Source: Deltaproteobacteria bacterium | GTDB taxonomy: Bacteria > Desulfobacterota > Binatia > HRBIN30 > CADEER01 | Assembly: GCA_029262455.1 (NCBI GenBank) | Contig: JAJCZJ010000020.1 | Span: 325,078 to 389,077, forward strand | Reading direction: 5' to 3' | Length of the DNA stretch: 64,000 nt | Shown: positions 63,097 through 64,000 of the stretch, in pieces | How the letters are laid out: every line of letters starts with the position of its first letter | Numbering within the stretch: the first letter of the stretch is position 1 | Made by a program: the position numbers and the translations under genes | The notes under the pieces: model-generated | Database searches by the model: none | What the model saw: the letters and a program-made list of their open reading frames with translations, nothing else | Told to the model about the DNA's origin: nothing

Positions 63097-64000
63097 ATGA
63101 AGACTCGGACCAGGAGTTTTGTGTTTGCGTTAGCTGCGTCGATCGTGATCGCCAGCGGAAGCGCCAGCGCCAATACCGTTACACAAAACACATCGTGGAC
63201 GATTGACCGCAGCGGCACCGGCACAACCTACCGCGTCGTCGCCTACGGCGATTCAATCTACGCTGGGTACTACGGCTCGATCTCGAGGGTAGCCCGGCGA
63301 GCCGCACCCTGGATCGAGGGCGAATACCTCTCGGCACATTGGAACGCCGACATCGAAGTCATCCGCCGCACGAAGTCAGGAGCTGTCGCCTCCGACATTT
63401 ATCAAAACAAAATCGTCGCGGAAGATTCCCACATGCAAAGCGCGAACACCCGCGTCGTCACGTTCGAGATGTGCGGTAACGACGGCCTGCAAGCGCGGTC
63501 GGACTTCGCCGGCCAGTCGGGAACCTGCAACTACGCCCCGTTGGACAATGCGTTGGCGAACTGCACGACCTACCAAGAGCTAGCGATGCAGTACATCAAT
63601 GCCAACGCCCATGCCAACACCGAACTCAAGATCGTCGCCAACCTTTACTATCCGGGTTACGACGCCGACAACGGCTTGGCGAACTGCAACGATCCAACGA
63701 CCGGCCAGCCACCGAGCAGGCAAGACATCATGATGCCGTATCTCGTGCGCATGAACTGGCGGGCCTGCAACTTCGCCAACACTTACGGCTTCGAGTGCGC
63801 CGACAGTTTCGCGGAGTACATGGGCGCCGACTACGACACCAACGGCGACAGCCTGATCGACTCGGACGCGCTGCGCTACGTGCAAGGCGAGAGTGAAGCG
63901 GACTACGTGACCCGGCTGACACAAACTCTGCGCTCAACGGTGCGTGACGCCAGCTTCCACTTCGTAAACAACACGACTAGCTTCGACTACATCCAGTCGG
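63097..64000 (+). CDS. Secreted SGNH/GDSL hydrolase, 3' end cut by the window edge
   Basis: Not in the track (no stop). My translation from ATG 63097 (AAGGGGGGA SD) gives MKTRTRSFVFALAASIVIASGSASA...RVVAYGDSIYAGYYG...VTFEMCGNDG... Confidence 0.75.
   Translation, partial: MKTRTRSFVFALAASIVIASGSASANTVTQNTSWTIDRSGTGTTYRVVAYGDSIYAGYYGSISRVARRAAPWIEGEYLSAHWNADIEVIRRTKSGAVASDIYQNKIVAEDSHMQSANTRVVTFEMCGNDGLQARSDFAGQSGTCNYAPLDNALANCTTYQELAMQYINANAHANTELKIVANLYYPGYDADNGLANCNDPTTGQPPSRQDIMMPYLVRMNWRACNFANTYGFECADSFAEYMGADYDTNGDSLIDSDALRYVQGESEADYVTRLTQTLRSTVRDASFHFVNNTTSFDYIQS

Noticed and set aside
62304-63206. Plus-strand ORF 62304..63206 (300 aa).
   Set aside because: It is antisense to the APH-like kinase gene and has shadow-ORF composition.
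1-64000. Looked for tRNA, rRNA, IS elements, integrases, phage genes, toxin-antitoxin or defence-system signatures.
   Set aside because: None were recognised by eye. No transposase, integrase, nuclease or ATPase motifs were seen in any ORF of the track. This cannot be fully excluded without covariance-model or HMM searches.

Overview
GC-rich bacterial chromosomal window, densely coded, probably from an uncultivated lineage (taxon cannot be determined from the sequence). No rRNA, tRNA, CRISPR, transposase or integrase was recognised. Ordinary content: large secreted repeat proteins (1-7879, 57394-58962), lnt, a malyl-CoA lyase, a lipoprotein hydrolase, a MATE exporter, a ThDP enzyme plus aldehyde dehydrogenase, a Rieske/cytochrome b/octaheme cytochrome c operon, and a GCS2 ligase plus AstE-like pair. 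Two carbohydrate blocks stand out. (1) 16.7-28.9 kb holds three tandem YfhO-like GT-C paralogs with an embedded polyprenol-phosphate GT2, a GT11 fucosyltransferase, and an MBOAT with a double-SGNH partner. (2) 29.4-49.1 kb is the main finding. Two convergent operons encode two 2OG-Fe(II) (prolyl-hydroxylase-like) oxygenases, glycosyltransferase domains resembling eukaryotic protein-O-glycosylation families (GT95/96, GT60 Gnt1, GT77, O-FucT-like, GT25, GT92), two sulfotransferases, two methyltransferase domains and a GDP-mannose 3,5-epimerase-like enzyme. Three of the transferases are fused to PqqD-like (RiPP recognition element) domains, and three enzymes share an unassigned ~75-aa domain. Two paralogous Pro/Thr-rich small proteins, each with a conserved N-terminal helix and an SRRxALK Tat-like motif, sit at the inner ends of the two operons. 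I interpret this as a candidate leader-guided, cytoplasmic prolyl-hydroxylation and O-glycosylation system for exported hydroxyproline-rich-glycoprotein-like substrates. All family assignments come from motif recognition by eye and need profile-HMM or structural confirmation.
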